Shown here: positions 27,087 to 35,665 of the stretch, piece by piece
How positions within the stretch are numbered: position 1 is the stretch's first letter
Layout: each line of letters opens with the position of its first letter
IMG/VR virus record: IMGVR_UViG_3300043409_002042
Span: 26,574-90,573 of that record
Origin: a virus
Direction: 5' to 3' (one strand)
DNA length: 64,000 nucleotides
Made by a program: the position numbers and the translations under genes
The notes under the pieces: generated by a model
Seen by the model: the letters and a program-made list of their open reading frames with translations, nothing else
What the model was told of the DNA's origin: nothing
The model's database searches: none

Positions 27087-29687
27087 ATGTCAAACACCAA
27101 CCAGATAAAAATCAGCTTGCCGCGCCTGCATGATGCCCAGCAGGCGTGTTTGGCTGGTGCTCGGCGGTACAACGTGGTTGTCGCTGGTGAGGATGCGGGG
27201 AAAACGGTTCTTGGGATAGAGGTCTTGTTGACCAGCCCCAAGGGGGCACTGAACAGCCGGCGGCCGGTGGCCTACATCCATCCGACTGATGCTGGCGCCG
27301 ATGAGGCGCGCCGTCAGGTGGTGCGCTGCCTGGGGCAGCTGATCAAACGGCGGGTCAATGCCCGCAGGATTGAGTTGACCACCGGAGGTCTGATCGACTT
27401 CATTTCGCTCGAGCAGAGTACCGATGTGTTTGAGCAGTACGGCCTGATCGTGGTCGATGACGCATGGCAGATTGATGGACTGCTGAGGCTTTGGGAAGAT
27501 GACCTGTCCACCTGCCTCAACCAGTACACCGGCACGGCCTGGGTGCTCTCTGGTGCCTACGGGCGGCGCAACGACTTTTACCGGATCTGGCAGTTGGCCG
27601 AGGAAGGCCACCACCGGCTGTGGTCAAGCCACCGGATGGACAGCTTTTCCAACCCGCATCTGCCTGAGCAGACCCGGGATGCCGCGATGGATGTCACTGC
27701 CGTGGAGTACCAGCAGCGGTTTGCCGCCGAGTTCCTGGATGTTGCCGTTGAGTTTTCTGCTGAGCAGCGCCTGGTGCTGCCCGGCGAGACGTTTGTGCAG
27801 TGGTGCGAGCGGCTTGAGGAGACTGGGCTCAAGGTGGATGGTCACCCCTTCACTTTGTCCAACCGCTCCGCAATGCGGTTCATTTACGAGCTGATCCCGT
27901 CCAGTGTTGATGATGCCTTTGGTCACATTGATGTCATTATGAAATGCACGCAGGTGGGCTTTACCGTGTTTGAAATGCTGGCGATGGTCTACTTGGCGCT
28001 CAAGTTTGCGCCGGCCAAGATCGGCATGTTCATGCCGTCGCAGATGCTTGCGTCGGGTAAGTCCAGTGAGCGTTTTCTGCCGATATTGCGCACCATCCCG
28101 GATGTGTACGCCCTGATCACGGACGACAAGAAGCCCGGCAAGAAGGGCGAGGGTAACGTGCTGATCCGAAACCTGGGCAGCAGCCGTTTTCACTTCCTGT
28201 GGACCACTGGTAAAACCGCGACCGAGTCGTTTCCTATGGACGTCGTCAGCTTCGACGAGGTGCAGGAGATGGCGATCGCGGACATGGAAAAGACCCGCGA
28301 GCGTATGTCGGCGTCGGCGCTGCGCTACACCCTGATGGGCTCCACTGCCAACTGGCCGGATTCGGACATCCACTGGTGGTACAAGCGCGGCACTCAGCAC
28401 CAGTTCCACACCGAGTGCCCGCACTGCGGCACCCACCAGGTGCTGGACGAGCATTTCCCGGAGTGCATTGGCTACGACGAGGATTCGCGCGATTACCGGT
28501 ACCGCTGCCACGAGTGCCACGGCTGGATTGACGACCCGCAGCGTGGAGAGTGGCGGGCGAAGAACCCCGATGCGCGGATCCGCAGTGTGCACTTTCCGCA
28601 GTTTCTGTCGCCGACGATCTCGCCGCGAGAGATCATTGAGGCCTACCACCAGGCCGACGACATGAAGAACTTCTACAACCGGAAGCTCGGCAAGCCATAT
28701 ACCGACCCGTCTCAGGTGCCCGTGAACCTGGAAATGCTGAACGAGTGCGCCAAGCTGGGCATGGAGGCGGGCCTGGTGTGGAAGTCTCGGGCGCAGGGTG
28801 CGTTCATGGGGCTGGACCAGATGGGCAGCTTTATTGTGGCCATACTGGCCGAGCGGATGCGCGACGGCCGGATGGCGATTGTGCATGTGGAGTACATCTT
28901 TCGGGCGCCAACAAAGGACGACCCTGACGCCAGCCCCTGGGACCGCGCCGATGAGCTGATGGCAGCCTTTGGTGTGCAGTGCTGCGTGGTGGAGACGCTG
29001 CCAAACTACGACTCGGCGAAGTCGTTTGCGCGCCGGCACCACGGGAAGGTGTTTCTCGCGCAGTACAAAAAGATCGACGACGACATGCTGGCCTGGGGCG
29101 ACACGCTGAAACTGAACTCGAGCGAAAACCGCACGGATGAGGACATGCGCGACCGGTTCACGGTTTCGCTCGATCAGTACAAGGTCATGCAGATGGCCTT
29201 GGCGCGGATTCAGAAGCGCATGACGCTGTTCCCGGACCCCGACGGCCTGGTGCAGGAGGTGCTGGAAAAGGGTAAGCGCCGGATGTCGGCTGTTTGCAAG
29301 GAATACGCTTTCTTCCACTTCACGCGCACGGCGCTGGTCGCCGAGAAGGACGACGAGCAGAAGGTTTTCAAGCGGCGCGTGGTGAAGGTTGGTATCGATC
29401 CACACACATCGTATGCCTACATGCTTTTGGTGGTAGCCTGGTCGCGCGCTCACGGTACCAGCATGTTCATCTTGCCAGATGCCGACAAGCCTGTGGGTTC
29501 GCCGGCGGCCAAGGCTGTTGTGGGGCAGATGGGGCAGTCGATCATGAGCCAGCTGGAGACCTTGGAGTCGAACGTCTGCGGCCGCTGCGCATTCCGAGAC
29601 GAAGCCAGTGGCCGGTGCTCGGAAATGGAGGCGTTCACCCAGGAGAAAGACCCGGGGTGTTATGCTTTTAGCTCGGCTGGGGGGTGA
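27087..29687 (+). CDS. terminase large subunit (GpA-like) with an extra degenerate N-terminal ATPase domain
   Basis: KCTQVGFT and VVSFDEV (GpA-type Walker A/B), CPHC/CHEC Zn ribbon, GLDQ nuclease; N-terminal LHDAQQ..AGEDAGKT..IVVDDA. Confidence 0.85.
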   Translation: MSNTNQIKISLPRLHDAQQACLAGARRYNVVVAGEDAGKTVLGIEVLLTSPKGALNSRRPVAYIHPTDAGADEARRQVVRCLGQLIKRRVNARRIELTTGGLIDFISLEQSTDVFEQYGLIVVDDAWQIDGLLRLWEDDLSTCLNQYTGTAWVLSGAYGRRNDFYRIWQLAEEGHHRLWSSHRMDSFSNPHLPEQTRDAAMDVTAVEYQQRFAAEFLDVAVEFSAEQRLVLPGETFVQWCERLEETGLKVDGHPFTLSNRSAMRFIYELIPSSVDDAFGHIDVIMKCTQVGFTVFEMLAMVYLALKFAPAKIGMFMPSQMLASGKSSERFLPILRTIPDVYALITDDKKPGKKGEGNVLIRNLGSSRFHFLWTTGKTATESFPMDVVSFDEVQEMAIADMEKTRERMSASALRYTLMGSTANWPDSDIHWWYKRGTQHQFHTECPHCGTHQVLDEHFPECIGYDEDSRDYRYRCHECHGWIDDPQRGEWRAKNPDARIRSVHFPQFLSPTISPREIIEAYHQADDMKNFYNRKLGKPYTDPSQVPVNLEMLNECAKLGMEAGLVWKSRAQGAFMGLDQMGSFIVAILAERMRDGRMAIVHVEYIFRAPTKDDPDASPWDRADELMAAFGVQCCVVETLPNYDSAKSFARRHHGKVFLAQYKKIDDDMLAWGDTLKLNSSENRTDEDMRDRFTVSLDQYKVMQMALARIQKRMTLFPDPDGLVQEVLEKGKRRMSAVCKEYAFFHFTRTALVAEKDDEQKVFKRRVVKVGIDPHTSYAYMLLVVAWSRAHGTSMFILPDADKPVGSPAAKAVVGQMGQSIMSQLETLESNVCGRCAFRDEASGRCSEMEAFTQEKDPGCYAFSSAGG

Positions 29688-30144
29688 GGTTCTTGCGTCT
29701 CTCGTTGCTCTCAGTTGCGAGGGCTTTACGGATGCTGTTTTCAAACGTGCGAAGGTCCACCGCTGTGCGCTGGGCTTCGGCGTAGTCGTAAATCTCGCGG
29801 AAAGCCTGGAGCTGCTGGCCTGTGACGCCCCATTTTTGCGTGCGCTGGTGGCGCTCGAGGACTGACTGCAGGGCCTCTTTGCAGGCTTGGCATGCTGGCA
29901 GCGCCTCGGGTCCGATGCCGCTTGTCGCCATGGCCTCGCAGATTCGGCGCATGCCGTCGATGTTGTTCCAGTCCGCCTGCGTGGCGCCACCCGTCTGGAA
30001 CGCCTGGATGGAGGTAAGTTCAATCAAGCGCAGCTTGTCGAGCTTTTGGTTTGAGGTGATGGAAGCCCCCTCAATGGCAAATCTGATAGGGTCCACCAGC
30101 TTGTAAACGCGGCGGCGGCGTGGGGGTTTGGAGCGGCCGGACAT
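29668..30144 (-). CDS. hypothetical phage protein
   Basis: 158-aa ORF coupled to dut (TAATG). Confidence 0.65.
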   Translation of the reverse strand: MSGRSKPPRRRRVYKLVDPIRFAIEGASITSNQKLDKLRLIELTSIQAFQTGGATQADWNNIDGMRRICEAMATSGIGPEALPACQACKEALQSVLERHQRTQKWGVTGQQLQAFREIYDYAEAQRTAVDLRTFENSIRKALATESNERRKNLTPQPS

Positions 30145-30587
30145 TACGCGCCCGTGCTGCCGAACCCGCCTGCGCCGCGCTGGGTGTCGCTGAGCTCGTC
30201 CACGACTTCAAAGGTGACGCGGGGGTAGGGGATGACCAAGGCCTGGGCGATGCGGTCGCCGTTGTTGACGTACAGCGTGTCGCCGCGTCGCCAGTCGGCA
30301 GTTAGCTTGACCAGAACTTCGCCACGGTAGTCGCTGTCAATCACGCCCACGCAGTTGGCCAGCCGGACGTCGTGCCTGAAGCCATGGCCGGAACGGCTGA
30401 AGATCAGCATGACGTGGCCGGGCGGCACCTCAAAGGACGGGCCTGTTCTGAAAACGATACACGGGTCAACCATGAGGCGGCCGTTGGTGACGTCGTCGAC
30501 AGAGTGTAGATCAAAGCAAGCCGCGCCATCTGTTGCGTATTGCGGCACGATGGCATCTGGGTGGAGTTTCTTGATTTTTAGGTTCAT
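30144..30587 (-). CDS. dut: trimeric dUTPase
   Basis: ACFDL, RSG, GVIDSDYRG, GDRIAQ, RGAGGFGSTG. Confidence 0.96.
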   Translation of the reverse strand: MNLKIKKLHPDAIVPQYATDGAACFDLHSVDDVTNGRLMVDPCIVFRTGPSFEVPPGHVMLIFSRSGHGFRHDVRLANCVGVIDSDYRGEVLVKLTADWRRGDTLYVNNGDRIAQALVIPYPRVTFEVVDELSDTQRGAGGFGSTGA

Positions 30588-30844
30588 GTTCTTGGTTTCA
30601 GTGGTGGTTGATCAATGCCCGCACGGCAGCGAGCCGTCGGGTTGCTGCCGTGCCCCGCAGCTGAGGCAGATTTTGGGGCTGGGTGGTGGGCTTGGTACAG
30701 CCGGGACTGTCTCAGCATGTCGTAAATCCCCGGCGGAGGGATGATGTCGGCGGCGCGTGGTTTCTCGTAGCTGATTAAAACGTGGTGAGTTTTGCCGCCC
30801 AGGGTGTGGAATGTTTCGGTGATCTGGTTCATGTCTGGCGTCAC
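30584..30844 (-). CDS. hypothetical protein (possible alternative C-terminus in the -1 frame)
   Basis: GTGA/ATGA overlaps with both neighbours. Confidence 0.45.
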   Translation of the reverse strand: MTPDMNQITETFHTLGGKTHHVLISYEKPRAADIIPPPGIYDMLRQSRLYQAHHPAPKSASAAGHGSNPTARCRAGIDQPPLKPRT

Positions 30845-31293
30845 TTCGCGGCATGGATGGTGATTTTGCGCTCACCACCTTTGATCTCGATTTCGTTGTC
30901 GGAGTCTCCGCCTTTGGTTGTGATGACGACCTCAAGTAGCCCGACAAGGCTTCCTGCAAGGAGGCCTAAAGCTTTATCTGGACTCTCATGAATCAGCGCC
31001 ATGATTGCGTCGATCGCTTCCTGCTCGTGGTCAGTTTGCTGCTCCGTCTGGACATATCCCCACGTTGTCGCCAACCGCTTCTGCGTGGCTTTGCAGCTGA
31101 GGTTGACGTCTGGCCGTTGGCGCAGCTCCAGCTCCCGCACCAGCTGTCGCAGCGCCCGGTCGGTGGACAATTCGGCGCCCTGTTCATGGCGGTGGGGGTC
31201 GATGCGGTTCAGTTGGTCTTCGATCCATTGTTGCTCGGGGTCGAAAACCGCCAGCTGGTCGGGGGTGATGGGGGTGTATTGGTCGTCGCTCAT
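30841..31293 (-). CDS. hypothetical protein
   Basis: SD AAGGA; 150 aa. Confidence 0.6.
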   Translation of the reverse strand: MSDDQYTPITPDQLAVFDPEQQWIEDQLNRIDPHRHEQGAELSTDRALRQLVRELELRQRPDVNLSCKATQKRLATTWGYVQTEQQTDHEQEAIDAIMALIHESPDKALGLLAGSLVGLLEVVITTKGGDSDNEIEIKGGERKITIHAAK

Positions 31294-31366
31294 GTCTTTC
31301 CTTGGTTAAAGACCACCGTGGTCCGCCTGAATTCTACAACATATTTTTGTTTGCATGCTGTTTGTT

Positions 31367-31382
31367 GTCGTGACGTTATGCT
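31367..31382 (+). promoter_or_regulatory. late-promoter motif copy (GTCGTGA-CGT-TATGCT), 6 nt before the portal ATG
   Basis: Matches the motif. Confidence 0.75.
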
Positions 31383-31388
31383 GTTTTT

Positions 31389-33086
31389 ATGCAAAACGCA
31401 CTCAACACCGCCCACAACGCCGCCGCCCCCCAAAATGAGCGGGTTGACGCCTTGCGGGAGGCGCAATCGGTGGCTATGCCGTCGTCGGTGCCGGACATGC
31501 TCCCGCTGGTGCAGTTCGTTGCCGAGCAGTACCAGGAGCAGGAGTTCTACAAGTCGCTGCAGCGCCCGAACGTGATCCCGTTTCCTTCGCGTGCCGTGGC
31601 CGAGAAAAAGCCGGGCATGCAGTCTCTGGTGATCAACGACACCTATGGCAACGCCATGGGCGAGTGGCGTGATCGCTGGTCAAACCTCAGTTTTGACATG
31701 CTGCGCCAGATGGTCGACCAGACCCCGGTGTTGGGATCGGTCGTCATGACCCGCATCCGGCAGGTCAAGCGGTTCTGCCGGGTGCCGGACCTTGGCAAGG
31801 GCCCGGGGTTCCAGATCCGGCTCAAGGACCCGAATGCCAAGCTGGGCAGCGACGAGAAGCAGACCGTGGCCTTGCTGCAGGACTTCTTCACGCACAGCGG
31901 CTGGGAGAAGAACCCTCGCCAGCGTGCGCGCCTGCGGCGCGACAACTTCTCGAACTTCATGGCCAAGTCTGTGCGGGACTCGCTGATTCTGGATTCTGCG
32001 CCGATTGAAACCGAGTACAAGCGCGACAAGCGCCTTGGGATTGATGGCTTCTATGCTGTCGACGGTGCCACCATCCGGCTGTGCAACGAGGACGGCTACC
32101 GAGGCGATGACGAGATTTTTGCTCTGCAGGTGGTCGATGGGCAGATTCGGTCCTGCTACACGCACGACGACCTGATTTACGTGCCCCGCAACCCGCGCAC
32201 CGATGTGTTGGTGGCTGGCTACGGCATGTCCGAGACTGAGTTGCTGGTTCGTGTGATCACGGGCTTCCTGAACGCTTTTACCTACAACACAAAGTACTTC
32301 GATTCGAATGCGATCCCCAAGGGCTTGCTGCACCTCACGGGCGATTACGGCCAGGAGGACATGGTGGCGTTCAAGCGCTACTGGAACTCAATGGTCAAGG
32401 GCATCAACAACGCCTGGACCTTGCCTGTGCTGGTGTCGAAGAACCAGGAGTCGAAGGCCGCTTTTGAGAACTTCGGTGTTGAGGTCAACGAGATTATGTT
32501 TTCGAAGTGGATGGTGTTTCTTACTTCGATTATTTGTGCGATTTACGGGATTGCTCCTGACGAGATTAACTTCGAATCTTTCACGTCGGGAACTTCGTCG
32601 CTGTCTGGGTCAGACACAGAAGAGAAGCTGATTCATTCCGCAGACAAAGGCTTGCGCCCTCTCTTGTCTCATTATGAGGACATTTTCTCCGACTATATTG
32701 TTGGGGAGTTTGGCGACAAGTATTGCTTCCGGTGGACGGGTCTTGACGAGGAAGACCCTCAAACAGCGTGGCAAAAAGACCAAAAGCTGATGACTTTCAA
32801 TGAAGGACGGAAGGCTCGAGGGCTTGAAGCCATCAAAGGAAGTCTTGGCGATTGTCCTTTGGACCCCGCTCTCATGGGGCAATGGTCGCAGATCAATCAA
32901 GCTGAGCAGGCCGATTATGGTGACCCTGGCGCTGAACAAGGCCAAGGAAGTCAGCCCGGCGATGATCAAAATGTTGATCCAGGCCAAGATCCTGCTGGTC
33001 CACAGGATGCAGAAGACGATCAGACCGATAACGGACCTAGTATGCAGAAGTCCTTTGGCCTGCCTGTCTTTCGGGTTGACCCGTGA
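31389..33086 (+). CDS. portal protein
   Basis: VDGATIR, YVPRNPRT..GYGMSE, YFDSNAIPKGLL, ICAIYGIAPDEINF, KGLRPLL, TFNEGR. Confidence 0.9.
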   Translation: MQNALNTAHNAAAPQNERVDALREAQSVAMPSSVPDMLPLVQFVAEQYQEQEFYKSLQRPNVIPFPSRAVAEKKPGMQSLVINDTYGNAMGEWRDRWSNLSFDMLRQMVDQTPVLGSVVMTRIRQVKRFCRVPDLGKGPGFQIRLKDPNAKLGSDEKQTVALLQDFFTHSGWEKNPRQRARLRRDNFSNFMAKSVRDSLILDSAPIETEYKRDKRLGIDGFYAVDGATIRLCNEDGYRGDDEIFALQVVDGQIRSCYTHDDLIYVPRNPRTDVLVAGYGMSETELLVRVITGFLNAFTYNTKYFDSNAIPKGLLHLTGDYGQEDMVAFKRYWNSMVKGINNAWTLPVLVSKNQESKAAFENFGVEVNEIMFSKWMVFLTSIICAIYGIAPDEINFESFTSGTSSLSGSDTEEKLIHSADKGLRPLLSHYEDIFSDYIVGEFGDKYCFRWTGLDEEDPQTAWQKDQKLMTFNEGRKARGLEAIKGSLGDCPLDPALMGQWSQINQAEQADYGDPGAEQGQGSQPGDDQNVDPGQDPAGPQDAEDDQTDNGPSMQKSFGLPVFRVDP

Positions 33087-33104
33087 GTATGGCAACATAC
33101 TAGT

Positions 33105-33812
33105 ATGAAGAGCCAACTCCCCGCATCACGAGCTGCAGCAAAGGCAGCCGGACTGAAACATTACTTTACAGGTAAGCCTTGCAAGTTCGGTCACTTGTCA
33201 GCGCGTTTGGTTAGCTGTGGTCAATGTTCGGAATGCAACAAGCAGCGTCTTGCAGCCGGTAGAGCTAAAAATCCAGACAAGTTTCGCTTGTATTCCGCCA
33301 AAGCCTATCAATCCAATCCGCAGAAGTTTATTGACGCGGCGAAGCGTCGTAGGTCGGCTAATTTGTCTGCCGCTCTGCAGGCTGAGCGGGCAACTTACGC
33401 CAGAAACAAAGAAAAAGTGAACGCCGCGCAAAGGATCTCTTACAAGGCCAAAGCGTCGGTATTCAACGAGGCCAGAAGAAATCGTCGTTTACAGGATTCT
33501 GTTTGGGCCTTTTCTCAACGATCTCGATGCCTGGTTCGTGGTGCGCTGACTCGGTCTGGTTTCAAGAAGTCGAAGCGCACAGAGGAGCTTCTTGGTTGCT
33601 CAACGCAAGAATTCCGCGTTCAAATGGAAAGGCAATTCTTGCCTGGTATGGGTTGGCACAACATGCACCTGTGGGAGATCGACCACATCGTGCCTGCGTC
33701 AAGTGCCAGAACGCAGGAAGAAGCTGAAGTTCTAAATCGGGTGGGGAACCTACGCCCGCTGTGGCGTGACGCAAATCGATCAAAGGGAGCGGCCATCCAA
33801 TGCCTGCTATGA
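33105..33812 (+). CDS. HNH homing endonuclease-like protein
   Basis: YFTGKPCKFGH..CSEC N-terminus; WEIDHIVP..NLRPLW..NRSKG C-terminus. Confidence 0.85.
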   Translation: MKSQLPASRAAAKAAGLKHYFTGKPCKFGHLSARLVSCGQCSECNKQRLAAGRAKNPDKFRLYSAKAYQSNPQKFIDAAKRRRSANLSAALQAERATYARNKEKVNAAQRISYKAKASVFNEARRNRRLQDSVWAFSQRSRCLVRGALTRSGFKKSKRTEELLGCSTQEFRVQMERQFLPGMGWHNMHLWEIDHIVPASSARTQEEAEVLNRVGNLRPLWRDANRSKGAAIQCLL

Positions 33813-34138
33813 AATCAGTCCAGCAGCAACAGGTCGCACCATCGGCCTACCGTGGCGATGAGGTGTTTTTTCGCAAGGGTGGGCAACCGGTGATCGGCAA
33901 AGTGCTTGCCACGGGCCAGCACGGCTGCACCGTGGAGCACGAGGGCGCGCGCCACAAAATCAAGCACGAGCACATCCTGGGTCACAAAAAGCGTGCCCCG
34001 CAGCGGTATCATGTGGAGCATGAGGGCGAGGATGGTCTGATTGTTCGGGACGGCAACGGGAAGCGCCATTATGTGGGCGTACCACCGGAGGCGAAGGCCG
34101 AGCGGTTGGAGTTGCAGAAATCTTTAGGGCCCCGATAG
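33809..34138 (+). CDS. hypothetical head-associated protein
   Basis: ATGA overlap; ends LQKSLGPR. Confidence 0.6.
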   Translation: MKSVQQQQVAPSAYRGDEVFFRKGGQPVIGKVLATGQHGCTVEHEGARHKIKHEHILGHKKRAPQRYHVEHEGEDGLIVRDGNGKRHYVGVPPEAKAERLELQKSLGPR

Positions 34139-34333
34139 TCCGTGAAGCCTGGCGCGGCCAGCGGGGGGTAAGCCGCTGGAAATGTTTTGCCCCGCTCAGC
34201 CGGGGTTCTGCTGCGGGTGACCGTGGTGGACAGGTGCGCTGATGGCGGTGGTCGCCAGCGTCGTGAGTGGCGTGGCCTTGATGGCGGCAAGTGGCGGGGC
34301 TTCGGCCCCGCTGCGCACACGGTTTGATTTTTG

Positions 34334-34342
34334 TGGTATAGT
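34334..34342 (+). promoter_or_regulatory. extended -10 sigma70-type promoter (TG-G-TATAGT) in front of the RNA island
   Basis: TTGTGGTATAGT at the start of a long ORF-poor region. Confidence 0.55.
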
Positions 34343-34348
34343 TGTTTT

Positions 34349-34412
34349 CACGAAAGCGGATGCTGTGGAAGCGGCGGGATACGCAACCTGCACACAGACG
34401 CAGCGAGTAGTG
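34349..34412 (+). ncRNA. structured RNA candidate with a bulged-G/loop-E-like motif
   Basis: CAC-GAA-AGC ... GC-G-AGTA-GTG closing stem with inner CTGTG/CACAG. Confidence 0.4.
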
Positions 34413-34482
34413 CCAGGTTGGGGTTTCCCGGCTGGAGCGGTTGAAGGCACCGACAAGCTTACCCGGTGAAAGGCCCCGGGTG

Positions 34483-34604
34483 CCATCACCGCTGATCTAC
34501 CTCAGACCGAATACCGGAACGTATGTCCGGTAATCATGCCCACAAGAGGACCAGATCGTATGCTGGGTGTCGCTGCAATGGGCCGCAGCGATCAGCGGTG
34601 ATGG
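34483..34604 (+). ncRNA. structured RNA candidate closed by a perfect 15-bp stem
   Basis: CCATCACCGCTGATC (34483-34497) / GATCAGCGGTGATGG (34590-34604) with three internal hairpins. Confidence 0.55.
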
Positions 34605-34778
34605 TTATGCGGAGATAGCTGGGACGGCCCAGCCGGTTGCCTTTTGGCATGTCACCGTCAACGCCCGGACTGAGAGGGCGGGAAAAAGTCCAGTGACGCA
34701 TGGAGAGCATGAAGACGATCGGCCCCCTGTTGGGACCCAGGGTCGATCATGTTTGCAGACTGGAACGAAAGAAATAAA

Positions 34779-35099
34779 ATGCAAGTGCACTTGATCTATA
34801 CGCAGCGCGAGGACGGTGGGTTTGACCACGCAGTGGTATTTGGCGACGCGCCCCCGTGGAGTGCGCCTGAAGAGAACGTCATCAACTGCGCAAGCGAGAC
34901 AGACGCCGTTCGACTGAAAAAAAAGGTCGAAGACATGCAAATCGCGTTGTCTCAATCCATTGAGTGCAGCGTGTACGAACGGGATGTTTTGCCGACCATT
35001 GAACGCGCCTTTGTTGTCAAATTGGTGGGGGCTCCAGAGATGGCGACTGCCGATGAACACGCAGAACTGGTTAGCAGCCTCACGGCGCACATGCGATGA
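34779..35099 (+). CDS. hypothetical protein inside the RNA island
   Basis: 106-aa ORF (MQVHLIYTQ...). Confidence 0.5.
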   Translation: MQVHLIYTQREDGGFDHAVVFGDAPPWSAPEENVINCASETDAVRLKKKVEDMQIALSQSIECSVYERDVLPTIERAFVVKLVGAPEMATADEHAELVSSLTAHMR

Positions 35100-35117
35100 A
35101 TTGGTGTTGACCATCAT

Positions 35118-35193
35118 CTCGGTTTAGCTCAGTTGGTAGAGCGCGTGCTTTGGGAGCATGAGGCCGGAAGTTCGAGACTTTCAACCGAGACCA
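35118..35193 (+). tRNA. tRNA-Pro(UGG)
   Basis: Cloverleaf: CTCGGTT/AACCGAG acceptor, GCTC/GAGC D-stem, TGG anticodon, TTCGA T-loop, A73-CCA. Confidence 0.95.
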
Positions 35194-35200
35194 AAATTGA

Positions 35201-35277
35201 CGCGACGTAGAGCAGCTGGTCAGCTCGTTTGGTTCATACCCAAAAGGTCGCAGGTTCGAGTCCTGCCGTCGCAACCA
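35201..35277 (+). tRNA. tRNA-Met(CAU), initiator-type
   Basis: C1xA72 mismatch, A11:U24, CAT anticodon, GGTTCGAGTCC, ACCA end. Confidence 0.9.
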
Positions 35278-35342
35278 TATGCATGAAAATGCTGCTGCCA
35301 TGCGTTGCTGGCAGATGACTTTGCTGGTGGGAAAGAAACCAG

Positions 35343-35495
35343 CACCATCACATCAGCGGGCCGCATGACTGGATGCCCTGGCGTCACGAACGCGCAGGCG
35401 TGCGACGAGCCCCGATGACTCCTGGTTCGCGCTGGACGAGGTAAGCGGCATATCGAAAAATGCTGAAGGTAGCCCAGCCCGCTGATGTGATGGTG
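35343..35495 (+). ncRNA. structured RNA candidate closed by a perfect 19-bp stem
   Basis: CACCATCACATCAGCGGGC (35343-35361) / GCCCGCTGATGTGATGGTG (35477-35495). Confidence 0.55.
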
Positions 35496-35649
35496 AGGGC
35501 AATGCCGGGATTCCGAGCACCCAACAACGTGAAGGCAGGTACTAGAGAACGGGGAAGCGCGAATTACCCGGAAAGAGTCGAATTCCTGCCGTGCTCCGTT
35601 ATAGCAGGGGCCACCATCAACCAATCCGCCGGTTTCCGCGCGCCATCTT

Positions 35650-35665
35650 GTCGTGACCCTACCAT
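35650..35665 (+). promoter_or_regulatory. late-promoter motif copy (GTCGTGA-CCC-TACCAT), 7 nt before ATG 35673
   Basis: Matches the motif. Confidence 0.72.

Noticed and set aside
33080-33105. CCCGTGA at the portal stop as a promoter for the HNH gene
   Set aside because: The hexamer TGGCAA lacks A2/T6 and the spacing to ATG is 18 nt
34260-34275. GTCGTGA copy upstream of the RNA island
   Set aside because: No NANNNT hexamer at the 3-nt spacing
34483-35495. Complete retron or DGR system
   Set aside because: No reverse transcriptase (YxDD) ORF and no TR/VR pair recognised in the window
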